From: Candidatus Woesebacteria bacterium
GTDB taxonomy: Bacteria > Patescibacteriota > Microgenomatia > UBA1400 > PJMF01
Length of the DNA stretch: 64,000 nt
Direction of reading: 5' to 3'
Assembly: GCA_017999345.1 (NCBI GenBank)
Contig: JAGNLY010000004.1
Span: 886 to 64,885 of the forward strand
Shown here: positions 42,139-51,901 of the stretch, piece by piece
Layout: every line of letters starts with the position of its first letter
Numbering within the stretch: position 1 is the stretch's first letter
Position numbers and translations under genes: made by a program
The notes under the pieces: generated by a model
The model's database searches: none
Told to the model about the DNA's origin: nothing
The model's input: only the letters and a program-made list of their open reading frames with translations

Positions 42139-44559
42139 TTATGATAACGGAGTGGGCCAGTCAGAAACAATGAGTAATTTTTCATTGACCATTTTCTTCT
42201 CGAGTAGTTCTTGCCAAATTGCTTCTGTTACGAACGGCATAAAAGGATGCAAAAGTTTTAGAAAAACTATTAATCCTGTTTTAGTTTTTTCTAAAGAGAT
42301 ATTTCCTTTTTTTGTTTCTTCAATACAGATATCACAAAACCAATGCCAGAATTCATTGTAGACAGTTTCTGCGGCAAGGCCAATTTTTAAATCTGAAAGA
42401 TGATTAGTTGTCTGTAAAATGACATCATTTAATTTGTTAATAAATTCAGCATCACCGGGCGCATTTTTAGTCTTGATTTGATCATTTAGTGACTTGGCCT
42501 GTTTATCTTCAGTCTTGATTTGTTCATTTAGTGACTTGACCTGTTCATCTTCAGTCTCGATTTGATCCTGTGGAGATTTTAGGCTTGGATCATTTGTAGA
42601 TTCAAACATCAGCATTGTAAACCTAGCGGCATTCCAGATCTTATTTGTTAGATTTCTCATGGCTTTAAAATCAGGGCTTCCAACAGATTTATCTAGTCCT
42701 GGAGTTGATCTGATTACAAGAGCCATTCTGAGTGCGTCAGCGCCAAATTCTTGTTTTACGCTTAAAGGATTAATAACATTTCCCTTAGACTTGCTCATTT
42801 TTTTACCTTTTTCATCTCTGACTAAGCCATGTAGATACACTTTTTCAAAAGGAGATTTTTTAGTTAAATAGCTACCCAAAAGCATCATTCTCATTACCCA
42901 AATTGGTAAAATATCGTAACCGGTTTCCATTACTGAAGTAGGGTAGAATCTTTCAAAGTCATTTTTTAAATTTGTTTTTAGAGTTACCACCGGCCACTGA
43001 CTAGAGGAAAACCAAGTGTCAAACGTGTCTGTTTCTTGAATGTACTTTTCTGAACCATCATTTTTGGTCGGATCTTCAACCGAGACAGAGTAGGGGACAG
43101 AAATTTCAGCAGTAATAATTTGGATTTTTTCTTTAATTTTTTCTATTGAGTTTTCTTTAAGAAGTTCTTTTAGGGTGCCCGTCTGGTATTCTCCAGAATT
43201 ATTAATAAATCCGGCGGTGATTTTATCTTCATTTCCATTGATCTTATACCAAATCGGAATAGGAATACCCCAGACTATTTGTCTAGAAATATTCCAATCT
43301 TTCAAGTTTTTTAACCAATTAACTAAAATTGTTTTTCTTCCAGCACCATATATTTCTGTTTCTCCGGTTTCAATTGATTCAAGGGCATTTTTTACTAGAT
43401 TAAAGTCTTTTTTTGACGAATCGGCAACTCTGATAAATAGTTGAGGAAGTGGTAATGGCTCAATTTGTCTTGAACAGCGATAGCAAACACTCAAGGCATG
43501 TTTGTAATTTTTGTCGATAGAAACCAAAAGTGAATTTCCATTGGAATCTTTATATGATTGATAATCATCTAAAACTTGCTTTCTAGCGTTCACAATCCCA
43601 AGTCCATTATATTTCTCTGGAGAATTGTATATTTTCCCTTTGGTATTAATTATCGGAAGTGGCTTTTCCTCTATTTCGTCTTTATGATCCTCCCACATGC
43701 GGAAGTCATTTTGATCATGATATGGGGTAACTTTTACTGCGCCAGTTCCAAACTCGGGATCAACATAATTGTCGGCAATCACTGGAACAACTTTTTTGCC
43801 CCACGGATATTCAACTTCTATTTTTGTTCCAATAAATTTTTTATATCTTTTGTCCTTTGGATTTACCGCAACGGCAACGTCTCCAAAAATTGTTTCAAGT
43901 CTCACGGTGGAAACTTGAAGAGGGCCATATTGAATTGTGTATAGGGGATCTTGTTTTTCTTCGTGATTAACTTCTAGTTCTGAATAACTGGTTCCACAGT
44001 TTATACAGTAGTTAACTAGCTTTAAATCGCGATATATCAATCCATCTTTGTAAAGATTCATGAAAGAACCTAAGACATTTTCTACAATATCTTTGTCTAA
44101 GGTAAACTTGAATCTAGACCAGTCTGCACTAGCTCCTAGTTTTTTAATTTGATCTTTGGCAACCTCAGAATTTTCTTGAACATAATCCCAAATCATTTTG
44201 AATAGGGTAGAGCGATCAAAATTAAAGCGGCTTTTGCCTTCTTTTTTTAGTTTTTTTTCAAAAACAAATTGAGTTTCAATTCCCGCGTGATCTGTGCCTG
44301 GAATCCAGACTGTGTCTTCTCCCAACATTCTGTGATATCTAACCATAATATCCTCGATGGAGACAAACATTGCGTGACCCACGTGGAGAGGATCGTTTGC
44401 ATTAGGAGGGGGCATTATGATTGAAAACTTTTTTTGACTGACTTTAGCTTTGTTATTTTCTCTTAATTTTTTGACACTATCAGGATTAAAGGCGTCATTT
44501 TCCTCCCATAATTTATATATAGCGTCTTCAGTTAGTTGGGAGTTATATCTCGAGTCCAT
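42139..44559 (-). CDS. valS: Valine--tRNA ligase
   Basis: PPPNANDPLHVGHA (HIGH motif), WIPGTDHAGIETQ (ValRS-diagnostic) and KMSKSKGN. Length 806 aa. Confidence 0.9.
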   Translation of the reverse strand: MDSRYNSQLTEDAIYKLWEENDAFNPDSVKKLRENNKAKVSQKKFSIIMPPPNANDPLHVGHAMFVSIEDIMVRYHRMLGEDTVWIPGTDHAGIETQFVFEKKLKKEGKSRFNFDRSTLFKMIWDYVQENSEVAKDQIKKLGASADWSRFKFTLDKDIVENVLGSFMNLYKDGLIYRDLKLVNYCINCGTSYSELEVNHEEKQDPLYTIQYGPLQVSTVRLETIFGDVAVAVNPKDKRYKKFIGTKIEVEYPWGKKVVPVIADNYVDPEFGTGAVKVTPYHDQNDFRMWEDHKDEIEEKPLPIINTKGKIYNSPEKYNGLGIVNARKQVLDDYQSYKDSNGNSLLVSIDKNYKHALSVCYRCSRQIEPLPLPQLFIRVADSSKKDFNLVKNALESIETGETEIYGAGRKTILVNWLKNLKDWNISRQIVWGIPIPIWYKINGNEDKITAGFINNSGEYQTGTLKELLKENSIEKIKEKIQIITAEISVPYSVSVEDPTKNDGSEKYIQETDTFDTWFSSSQWPVVTLKTNLKNDFERFYPTSVMETGYDILPIWVMRMMLLGSYLTKKSPFEKVYLHGLVRDEKGKKMSKSKGNVINPLSVKQEFGADALRMALVIRSTPGLDKSVGSPDFKAMRNLTNKIWNAARFTMLMFESTNDPSLKSPQDQIETEDEQVKSLNEQIKTEDKQAKSLNDQIKTKNAPGDAEFINKLNDVILQTTNHLSDLKIGLAAETVYNEFWHWFCDICIEETKKGNISLEKTKTGLIVFLKLLHPFMPFVTEAIWQELLEKKMVNEKLLIVSDWPTPLS
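42469..42567 (-). repeat. In-frame 42-bp tandem repeat (~2.4 copies) inside valS
   Basis: Units at 42469-42510 and 42511-42552, plus a partial unit at 42553-42567. They encode EDKQAKSLNDQIKT, EDEQVKSLNEQIKT and DQIET. Confidence 0.85.
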
Positions 44560-44585
44560 AGGTCATTATTATATCATTAGTATTT

Positions 44586-46427
44586 TTAAATACCGACCAT
44601 GTACTTGGCTGACCAAGGTCTATAATTTGAGTAGTAAACATCTTCGCTCATAACATTTCCAAACTTATCCTTTATGGTATGAGTGAATTCAGTTTTTAGA
44701 CCAGACACTGACCAGTCAATTTGCTTGGTCTGTCCATGAGGGAGCTCATTTGTTGGATAATATTCTGTGGCCGGTGGATTTCTAAAGTCCCATTTTTTAT
44801 AGTTTGAAATTTCTGTTGTTCGGCCGTCACTAGTGCCATATAGTTCAACATTCATATATCTGTTTTCTGAGTCTACAAATGTAGAAATTAAAACATGATT
44901 CTCTGTGTCATTAACAAATTTAAAATCTATATCTCCGGCATATACAGTGGCGTCAAAACCTGGGTCAGAGTTTAATTCATAATAAGAGACTCTGTAAGAA
45001 TGCTGAAGTCTTTTTGTTACTTCAAGTCCCGAATCTAGCACGGCTCTAAAGAGGGTGCTGCTAACCTGACAAACTCCGCCTCCATCACCCAAAACTGTTT
45101 TTCCACCAGATATAACATATGCAGATCTATATCCTGTTCGGGCAGATACTTCTCCAATAGTTTTATTAAATGAGAACTCTTTTTTTGGGGGAATAATTGC
45201 TAAATTAATTCTGTTGGCGGTAATTTCAACGTTATGCACTCTATTGATAATCGAGTGATCATAGTTGCTTTCTCCAAAACCAATAAGCTCTTTGATTCCC
45301 AAATCATTGGTTTGTTCAAGAGAAATGTTAGGGGCAGTTTTTTTAGTTGGAACTTGAATTTCAATTTTATTTTTATTTTCAGGATCAGAATCATCCTTTT
45401 CTATCATTAATTCAATAAGGCTGTCGGTAATTAGATGTTCTGTTTGGATTTTATCTAGTTCAAGTCCATCTTTGCTTGGTATAAAGCTTTCAACTTTTAG
45501 TGTGTCTTTGTCATATTTGAATTCAGCATCCTGTGGTGATCTATTTATCTCTTCATTTAAATATTCTATGTATTTAGAAATATTTTCTTGATGTATCTGG
45601 TTGATAGGTTTCAAAAAGCTAATTAGTTCGGTGTCATCCAGCTTAAAATTGTCATTTTCTGATTTTAAACTTATAGATTTGCCTACTAAAACTTTTGCTC
45701 GTTCCACTTCTTGTTTTACTTGATCATCAGAAAGAACTGCGCTGGTGGAAGCGACTATGACATCAATTTTTACCTCTTCATTGTCAAAACCTTTTTTTAA
45801 ATTTTCTTCAAACTTGCCATTCACAATCTCTTCCGTTTGTTTTGTGGTTTGTTCAAGATCTATTGTTCTTCCAGGTTCACCCTTAAATACAATGATACTA
45901 TTTTCGTTACCTGATATTTTTAAGGATATCTCTGGATTTTTACCTACAATTTCAACATTTTTATTGAGTTCATTAATCAGGTTCTTTAAGCCTTCGCTTT
46001 CGTAGGTAATTTTACTTTCTAAGTTTCTTTTGTTAAAAAATGATTTCAATAGATTAACTCTGGTTTTGTATTTTGAACTTTCTCTGGTCGAGTTAAAAGC
46101 TTCAGTAGAGACCTCTGAGAAATTAATTGCTGCCCCAAGCTCTGCCGATGAACTTGAAATTTTAATATCATCTACTACTATAATTAAATCATGATTTGGA
46201 ACATTGCTATTAGATTTTAGTTTTGAGATAGCGTCTTCAATTCTTAGTCCAGAAACATTTACACTATCTATATATGTATTTGGATATATCTTGTCTCTAT
46301 AAAATTTGTCGTTTAGATAAATTCCAGAAGAGAGAAAAATAACTCCGCCTACAAAAAGAATTTTGGTAAAGCGTAAATATAAAGGAGACAAACTTAATTT
46401 CATTATGTTATTATTATATATGAGCAA
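44586..46427 (-). CDS. VanW-family protein, N-terminally membrane-anchored
   Basis: GGGVCQVSSTLFRAVLDSGLEVTKRLQHSYRVSYY...GFDATVYAGDIDFKFVNDT is the VanW domain signature. It has an N-terminal TM. Confidence 0.8.
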   Translation of the reverse strand: MLIYNNNIMKLSLSPLYLRFTKILFVGGVIFLSSGIYLNDKFYRDKIYPNTYIDSVNVSGLRIEDAISKLKSNSNVPNHDLIIVVDDIKISSSSAELGAAINFSEVSTEAFNSTRESSKYKTRVNLLKSFFNKRNLESKITYESEGLKNLINELNKNVEIVGKNPEISLKISGNENSIIVFKGEPGRTIDLEQTTKQTEEIVNGKFEENLKKGFDNEEVKIDVIVASTSAVLSDDQVKQEVERAKVLVGKSISLKSENDNFKLDDTELISFLKPINQIHQENISKYIEYLNEEINRSPQDAEFKYDKDTLKVESFIPSKDGLELDKIQTEHLITDSLIELMIEKDDSDPENKNKIEIQVPTKKTAPNISLEQTNDLGIKELIGFGESNYDHSIINRVHNVEITANRINLAIIPPKKEFSFNKTIGEVSARTGYRSAYVISGGKTVLGDGGGVCQVSSTLFRAVLDSGLEVTKRLQHSYRVSYYELNSDPGFDATVYAGDIDFKFVNDTENHVLISTFVDSENRYMNVELYGTSDGRTTEISNYKKWDFRNPPATEYYPTNELPHGQTKQIDWSVSGLKTEFTHTIKDKFGNVMSEDVYYSNYRPWSAKYMVGI

Positions 46428-46506
46428 TAAACTCGGTTATGTAATTATCACACATATCTAGTTCATTTTGCCAAATCTGAGGAGATATTACTAGATATAG
46501 ATTATT

Positions 46507-48633
46507 ATGAATAATCAACCACTGCCTAAACCTACACAAAAAACAGATTCTTCTTCTGATGCAGGAGCAACGATGGCAGCACCACCATCCGCTATGGGAA
46601 AACCACCGGCTTCGGCTGTTAGTCCAGTTTCTAGCACAACGGCTGCTCCAACTTCTTCAACTGTTGTTGCAACCGATCTTGCTGTAGGCTCGACAGTTTC
46701 TGCAGTAGCACCTTCAGCTGGCCCAACCGTCACTTTAGATGCTACAAAAAACCAATCAAATTTACCAAAGCCAGTAAATGCTGGAGCTACATCAACTCCA
46801 GCTAATGGAACCAAGCTTCCAGCTGATGATAAAAAAGATGGCGTTGTATTTGATGGGGGAATTGCTAAGTCTAGAATTCCTTTAGCTCAAAAAGATAATC
46901 AAAAAGCAATGGGCGTCAAAGAGGAGACGAAATTACCACCAACTTCACTTAGCGCGCTATCATCTATGAGTAGTAATGCGATTCCAGGTTCTTCTTCTGG
47001 TAAACCTGCCTCAATTCCCGTTGCAGGAGCAGAACAAATAATCAAGCCTTCCAATAAACTAGTTATGCCTGAGAGAACAGTCTTGGGAAGACCAATCCCT
47101 CAATCTATAAGGGGAGAAGATTTGCCAAAGGGACTTAGATCTAACGTACCTGCGCCAAAAATAGTCGACCAAAAATCAGCACCTATGCCTGAGATTAGTA
47201 AGGATTCTTCAGCTCCAAATCAGGGTAACCAAAAACCTCAATTTGCAGCTGAAAAGAAATCACCACTAAAATTTTTACCATTAATTTTGGGAGGACTAGC
47301 TTTAGTGGCAGTAATCGGGTTAGTTGTTTCTAAATTATTTGGTGGAGGCTCATCATCATTGCCTAAGACCGTGACTTCAACAGGAAACAACACCAGTGCT
47401 CCAACTACTAACACAACAGAAGAAGTAGGCAAAAGAACTGAAGTTCCTTCCGATCAAGTAGAGCTAACTTATTGGGGTCTTTGGGAGCCAGATGAAGTTG
47501 TTGATGGAATTATTTCTGATTTTGAAACAGCAAATCCTGGAGTCAAAATAAATTATGTAAAACAGTCTCATAAAGATTATCGCGAGAGATTACAAACAGC
47601 TTTGGGTACCGCCACCGGGCCGGATATATTTAGATTTCATGCTTCTTGGACACCGATGCTAAAAACAAGTCTAGCACCTGTTCCTTCTAGTGTAATTTCA
47701 CCAAAAGACTTTAAGGATAATTATTATCCAATCGTCACCGACCAGCTAGTTGTTGAGGGACAATATGTGGGAGTGCCATTAATGTATGACGGTTTGGCCC
47801 TCTATTATAATGAAGATATTTTGGAATCTGCAAATGAAGTCGCTCCTTCTACATGGGCAGAGTTAAGAGTTCTGGCCAATAAATTAACAGTCAGATCTGC
47901 CAATGGTATTCAAAGAGCGGGATTAGCAATTGGAAATGCAACTAATGTGGATCATTTCTCCGATATTTTGGCAATTTTAATGTTGCAAAATGGAGCTGAT
48001 TTTACCAAGCCAAATTCTCAAGAAACCGTAGACGCCCTTACTTTTTATACTAACTTTGTTTTGAAAGATGAAGTTTGGGATAATAAATTTCCAAGCTCAA
48101 CAGTTGCTTTTGCAAGAGGAGACGTTGCAATGATGTTTGCTCCTTCATGGAGAGCTCATGAAATCAAAGCTCAAAACCCTGAATTGAAGTTTAAAACTAT
48201 GACGTTGCCACAGCTTTCTGATGAAAGAATTGCTTGGGGTTCATACTGGGCTGAGGGAGTAAATACCAATAGTAAGAATAAAGAAATGGCTGCAAAATTT
48301 CTCGGTTTCTTAAGTAGCGATGAAAACTTAATGAAGTTATATTCCAAAGCAAGTGAAATCAGAGCCTTTGGCGAGATTTATCCAAAAGCAAGTATGGCTG
48401 AAAAACTCGTTGATGATGAAATAGTCTCAACATATTTGGACGATGCTGTTTATGCAAAAAATTGGTATTTAAATTCTTTCACGCATGATAATGGATTGAA
48501 TGATCAATTAATTTCATATTATAGAGATGGAGTCACTGGACTGATTGAGGGTGAAAAGATTGAAGATGTAATGGTTGCTATAGAATCTGGTACGAAACAA
48601 GTTCTCAAGCAGTACGCTGTTAGCTCTAAGTAG
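46507..48633 (+). CDS. Extracellular solute-binding protein (ABC sugar-type) with long disordered N-terminal region and TM anchor
   Basis: About 250 aa are P/S/A/T-rich, then a TM (LKFLPLILGGLALVAVIGLVV). The SBP pattern follows: LTYWGLWEP...FETANPGVKINYV...GPDIFRFHASW. Confidence 0.7.
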   Translation: MNNQPLPKPTQKTDSSSDAGATMAAPPSAMGKPPASAVSPVSSTTAAPTSSTVVATDLAVGSTVSAVAPSAGPTVTLDATKNQSNLPKPVNAGATSTPANGTKLPADDKKDGVVFDGGIAKSRIPLAQKDNQKAMGVKEETKLPPTSLSALSSMSSNAIPGSSSGKPASIPVAGAEQIIKPSNKLVMPERTVLGRPIPQSIRGEDLPKGLRSNVPAPKIVDQKSAPMPEISKDSSAPNQGNQKPQFAAEKKSPLKFLPLILGGLALVAVIGLVVSKLFGGGSSSLPKTVTSTGNNTSAPTTNTTEEVGKRTEVPSDQVELTYWGLWEPDEVVDGIISDFETANPGVKINYVKQSHKDYRERLQTALGTATGPDIFRFHASWTPMLKTSLAPVPSSVISPKDFKDNYYPIVTDQLVVEGQYVGVPLMYDGLALYYNEDILESANEVAPSTWAELRVLANKLTVRSANGIQRAGLAIGNATNVDHFSDILAILMLQNGADFTKPNSQETVDALTFYTNFVLKDEVWDNKFPSSTVAFARGDVAMMFAPSWRAHEIKAQNPELKFKTMTLPQLSDERIAWGSYWAEGVNTNSKNKEMAAKFLGFLSSDENLMKLYSKASEIRAFGEIYPKASMAEKLVDDEIVSTYLDDAVYAKNWYLNSFTHDNGLNDQLISYYRDGVTGLIEGEKIEDVMVAIESGTKQVLKQYAVSSK

Positions 48634-48635
48634 TC

Positions 48636-48663
48636 TTGAATATGTGTTTTTCCAGCTTATAAT
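48636..48663 (+). promoter_or_regulatory. Sigma70-type promoter placed for a leaderless transcript
   Basis: TTGAAT (48636-48641), 16 nt spacer, TATAAT (48658-48663). Only GATCTC lies before the ATG at 48670. Confidence 0.5.
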
Positions 48664-48669
48664 GATCTC

Positions 48670-49593
48670 ATGATTAATGGACTTGAAGAGAGAATTCTTC
48701 TTATTTTTTCCCACACGTTTCAATTTAGTTACCCCCTTACAAAAGAAGAGATAATCTTAAGATTTGTCGGCAATATTGACGATATTTCTGATGATGATTT
48801 ATATAAATCTCTTTCAAAGTTGTTGGCTGATGGTAAATTATTTTTTACAAATGGTTTTTATCACATAGATAAAGATGGTGAATCTGTAAAAATTAGATTG
48901 AATAGAATGGCTTATTCAAAAGAAAAGTGGCAAGAAGTGGAAAGTTTTGTCCGCAAAGTAAGATCATTGCCTTCAGTCTTGGGAATATTGGTCACAGGTT
49001 CGTTAGCTCTAGATAACGTTACTAAAAATGATGACATAGATTTTTTTATAATTACAGAAAATAACAGACTTTGGTTAACCAGAATAATCATTTCTATTTT
49101 TGCGCTTTTTAATGGAAAAAAGAGGTCTTGGCATGGCAGATTTCAAAATACCTGGTGTTTAAACATGTGGCTTGAAATAGATCGGATAAAACTGCCAGAC
49201 AGACTGAGAAATATTTATGGATCGTTTGAAGTTGTTCAGGCAGTTTGGGTTTATGACAAAAAGAATACTAAGGAACAGTTTTTTACAATTAATAGTTGGG
49301 CAAAAAACTATTTACCAAATTATTATGAATATCAAAAAAATAATAGCTCAAGAATTTCTAAAATTGACCACAATAACATTATTAACAACAATATAGCCGT
49401 TGTTGAAAATAAGCTTGTAAATGAGCTTCTAAACTTATTAAATTATTTAGCTTATTATCTTCAAAAGTTGTATATGATTCCTCACATAACCAGAGAAAAA
49501 GTGGGAAAATCTTTTGCATTCTTCCATCCAAGAGACACAAAAAAAATTATACTTGGAAAATGGTATAAAAAATATTTGGAGCTAGTTTCTTAA
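48670..49593 (+). CDS. Nucleotidyltransferase-domain protein (Pol-beta-like NTase)
   Basis: GILVTGSLALDNVTKNDDIDFFIIT fits the GS-X(n)-D.D NTase motif. The N-terminus is winged-helix-like. Confidence 0.5.
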   Translation: MINGLEERILLIFSHTFQFSYPLTKEEIILRFVGNIDDISDDDLYKSLSKLLADGKLFFTNGFYHIDKDGESVKIRLNRMAYSKEKWQEVESFVRKVRSLPSVLGILVTGSLALDNVTKNDDIDFFIITENNRLWLTRIIISIFALFNGKKRSWHGRFQNTWCLNMWLEIDRIKLPDRLRNIYGSFEVVQAVWVYDKKNTKEQFFTINSWAKNYLPNYYEYQKNNSSRISKIDHNNIINNNIAVVENKLVNELLNLLNYLAYYLQKLYMIPHITREKVGKSFAFFHPRDTKKIILGKWYKKYLELVS

Positions 49594-49596
49594 TAT

Positions 49597-50133
49597 ATGA
49601 AAAAGACTATATCTAATTTACAGGCAGAAAGTTCATCAAATTTACCTCGCTTTATAGATATATTTATAAAAAAATGTCGAGCTGACAGTAATTCTCTAGT
49701 GCTTGTGACAGGAGTTTTTGATATTCTACATAAAGAACATGAGAAGTTTTTGAAAAAAGCAAGCGATTTAGCAGATTGTTTGATTGTTGGTATTGAATCT
49801 GATTTGAGAGTTCAAATTATTAAAGGTGAAAGTAGGCCAATCAATAATCAAGAAGTGAGATTAGATAATTTGAACAATTTAAAAATAAATATGAGAGTTT
49901 TTATTTTACCAAATGAATTTAATAAACCTCAAGACCATATTGATTTAATTAAGAAAATTAAGCCAAATTTTTTGGCGGTTTCCTCTCATACCGAACACCT
50001 TGATAAAAAAAGAGAAATTATGGCTTTGGTAGGAGGGGAAGTTGTTGTCATACACGACCATAATAAAAAAATTTCTAGCACTAAAATAATCGAATCGAGA
50101 AAAATCACTGAAAAGAGATTTAAAAATAAGTAA
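49597..50133 (+). CDS. Cytidylyl/adenylyltransferase-family protein (RfaE domain II / TagD-like)
   Basis: LVTGVFDILHKEHEKFLKKASDLADCLIVGIESD...KGESRPI matches G.FD..H.GH...L..A.....L.V.v.sD...KG..RP. Confidence 0.7.
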   Translation: MKKTISNLQAESSSNLPRFIDIFIKKCRADSNSLVLVTGVFDILHKEHEKFLKKASDLADCLIVGIESDLRVQIIKGESRPINNQEVRLDNLNNLKINMRVFILPNEFNKPQDHIDLIKKIKPNFLAVSSHTEHLDKKREIMALVGGEVVVIHDHNKKISSTKIIESRKITEKRFKNK

Positions 50134-50179
50134 CTAGCTCGTTGTCAAAGTTGATGGAAAATAGTTTATATTAGTATCT

Positions 50180-50506
50180 ATGAAAAAAAATAATTTTTTT
50201 AAACTTTTAATCATATTTATTTTTATAGTTTCAGGATGTACAAAAAAACCACTTGATTCAAAAGAATCAGATGGCCTAGAGCTTCTTAATTCTGGATCTG
50301 AAATGAAGCTTGAAGATAAAAATAGCGAGACATCTATAACTGGTAAAATAAGCAAATCTGGAGATCTTTATTTAATTTCAACAGCCCAGGGAAAAACTCA
50401 AGATTTAGAAAGTTATAGCATCAACTTTGATAATTATGTTGGTAAAACAATTACTGTAGTTGGTGAGTTTAGTGGTAATACGCTTTTTGTCACTGAAGTA
50501 AAGTAG
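50180..50506 (+). CDS. Small lipoprotein
   Basis: Signal peptide with the lipobox-like FIVSGC. Length 108 aa. Confidence 0.55.
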   Translation: MKKNNFFKLLIIFIFIVSGCTKKPLDSKESDGLELLNSGSEMKLEDKNSETSITGKISKSGDLYLISTAQGKTQDLESYSINFDNYVGKTITVVGEFSGNTLFVTEVK

Positions 50507-50515
50507 GTTTGGTAT

Positions 50516-51901
50516 ATGTCAAAAAAATCTAGCATATTTGTTTGTCAAAATTGCGCATGGTCATCTTTAAGATGGGTTGGCCAATGTCAGTCATGCAATA
50601 GTTGGAATACTTTGGTGGAAGAGGTTTCTGAATTAAGTAAATCTGGTAAAGAAATAACTTCTGATGAAAATATTGCTGATTTTACGACCAATCTTTCTCA
50701 AGTCGACACTCTGAAATCCTCAAAAAAGCGCCTTTCAACTTTTATCGATGAGTTTGATAGGGTTTTGGGCGGAGAAGATGCTAATCGTGGAATGGTTAAT
50801 GGGGCAGTGATGCTAATTGGTGGTGAACCCGGGATTGGTAAGTCTACCTTATTAACCCAAGCTGTGATTAGCATGCTCGCTCACGCAGAATCGTCAAATT
50901 TTGCAAATAAAAAAATAGCCTATGTGTGCGGGGAAGAAAATCCTGCTCAAATCTCAATGAGAATCAGTAGGCTTAATGAAAAAGATTATGATCAAGATAA
51001 TTTAATTTTTATTACATCATCAAATGTCGATTCTGTTTCAAAGGCAATTAAAAAACTTAAGCCAAGCGTGGTGGTTGTTGATAGTATTCAAACACTTACA
51101 ACTTTTGATTTAACTGGCAGCGCCGGAAGCGTTGGACAAGTTAGAGAATGTGCCGAAAGACTTACGACATTGGCAAAATCAATAGACGTTCCAATTTTTT
51201 TGGTGGGTCATGTTACCAAAGAAGGTACGATTTCTGGGCCAAAAGTCTTAGAACACATTGTTGATGCTGTACTAGAACTAAGTGGTGATAGAACAGGGGA
51301 TCTTAGAATACTAAGATCTGTAAAAAATCGTTTTGGAGCCACCGACGAGGTGGGTGTTTTTAGAATGAGAGACTATGGCTTTGAATCAGTCACTAATCCT
51401 AGTGAATTATTTTTGGAGTATGCAGATGGTAATGTACCAGGCAGCGCGACTGTTTGTGTAATGGAAGGAACTAGACCTTTGTTAGTTGAAATTCAAGCGC
51501 TCGTGGTTGACTCTCAGCTGGCAATGCCTAGAAGAGTGGGTCGAGGACTAAAGTTATCCAGAATTCAGGTTTTGGCTGCAGTTTTGCAAAAACACTGTAA
51601 ATTACCCCTAAGTAGCAATGATATTTTTGCCAGTGTTGCCGGTGGCTTTAATGTTAATGAGCCAGCACTAGACTTGGGGTTGGCAATCGCTATGGCCAGC
51701 TCGTTGGTCAATAAACCGATCAATGAGAAAACAGTATTTATCGGAGAGATTGGTCTTTTGGGGGAAATAAGATCAGTTAATTTACTCGATAGAAGAATTA
51801 AAGAAGCTAAGAGATTGGGGTTCAATAAAGTCATCTCCAAAAAAACTCACTCAACAGTTGCTTCAGTTTTAAAAGAACTTAAGCTTATTCGGTCTTCTTA
51901 G
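50516..51901 (+). CDS. radA: DNA repair protein RadA/Sms
   Basis: Zn-finger CQNCAWSSLRWVGQCQSCNSWN. Walker A GGEPGIGKSTL. KNRFG motif. Lon-like C-terminal domain. Confidence 0.93.
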   Translation: MSKKSSIFVCQNCAWSSLRWVGQCQSCNSWNTLVEEVSELSKSGKEITSDENIADFTTNLSQVDTLKSSKKRLSTFIDEFDRVLGGEDANRGMVNGAVMLIGGEPGIGKSTLLTQAVISMLAHAESSNFANKKIAYVCGEENPAQISMRISRLNEKDYDQDNLIFITSSNVDSVSKAIKKLKPSVVVVDSIQTLTTFDLTGSAGSVGQVRECAERLTTLAKSIDVPIFLVGHVTKEGTISGPKVLEHIVDAVLELSGDRTGDLRILRSVKNRFGATDEVGVFRMRDYGFESVTNPSELFLEYADGNVPGSATVCVMEGTRPLLVEIQALVVDSQLAMPRRVGRGLKLSRIQVLAAVLQKHCKLPLSSNDIFASVAGGFNVNEPALDLGLAIAMASSLVNKPINEKTVFIGEIGLLGEIRSVNLLDRRIKEAKRLGFNKVISKKTHSTVASVLKELKLIRSS

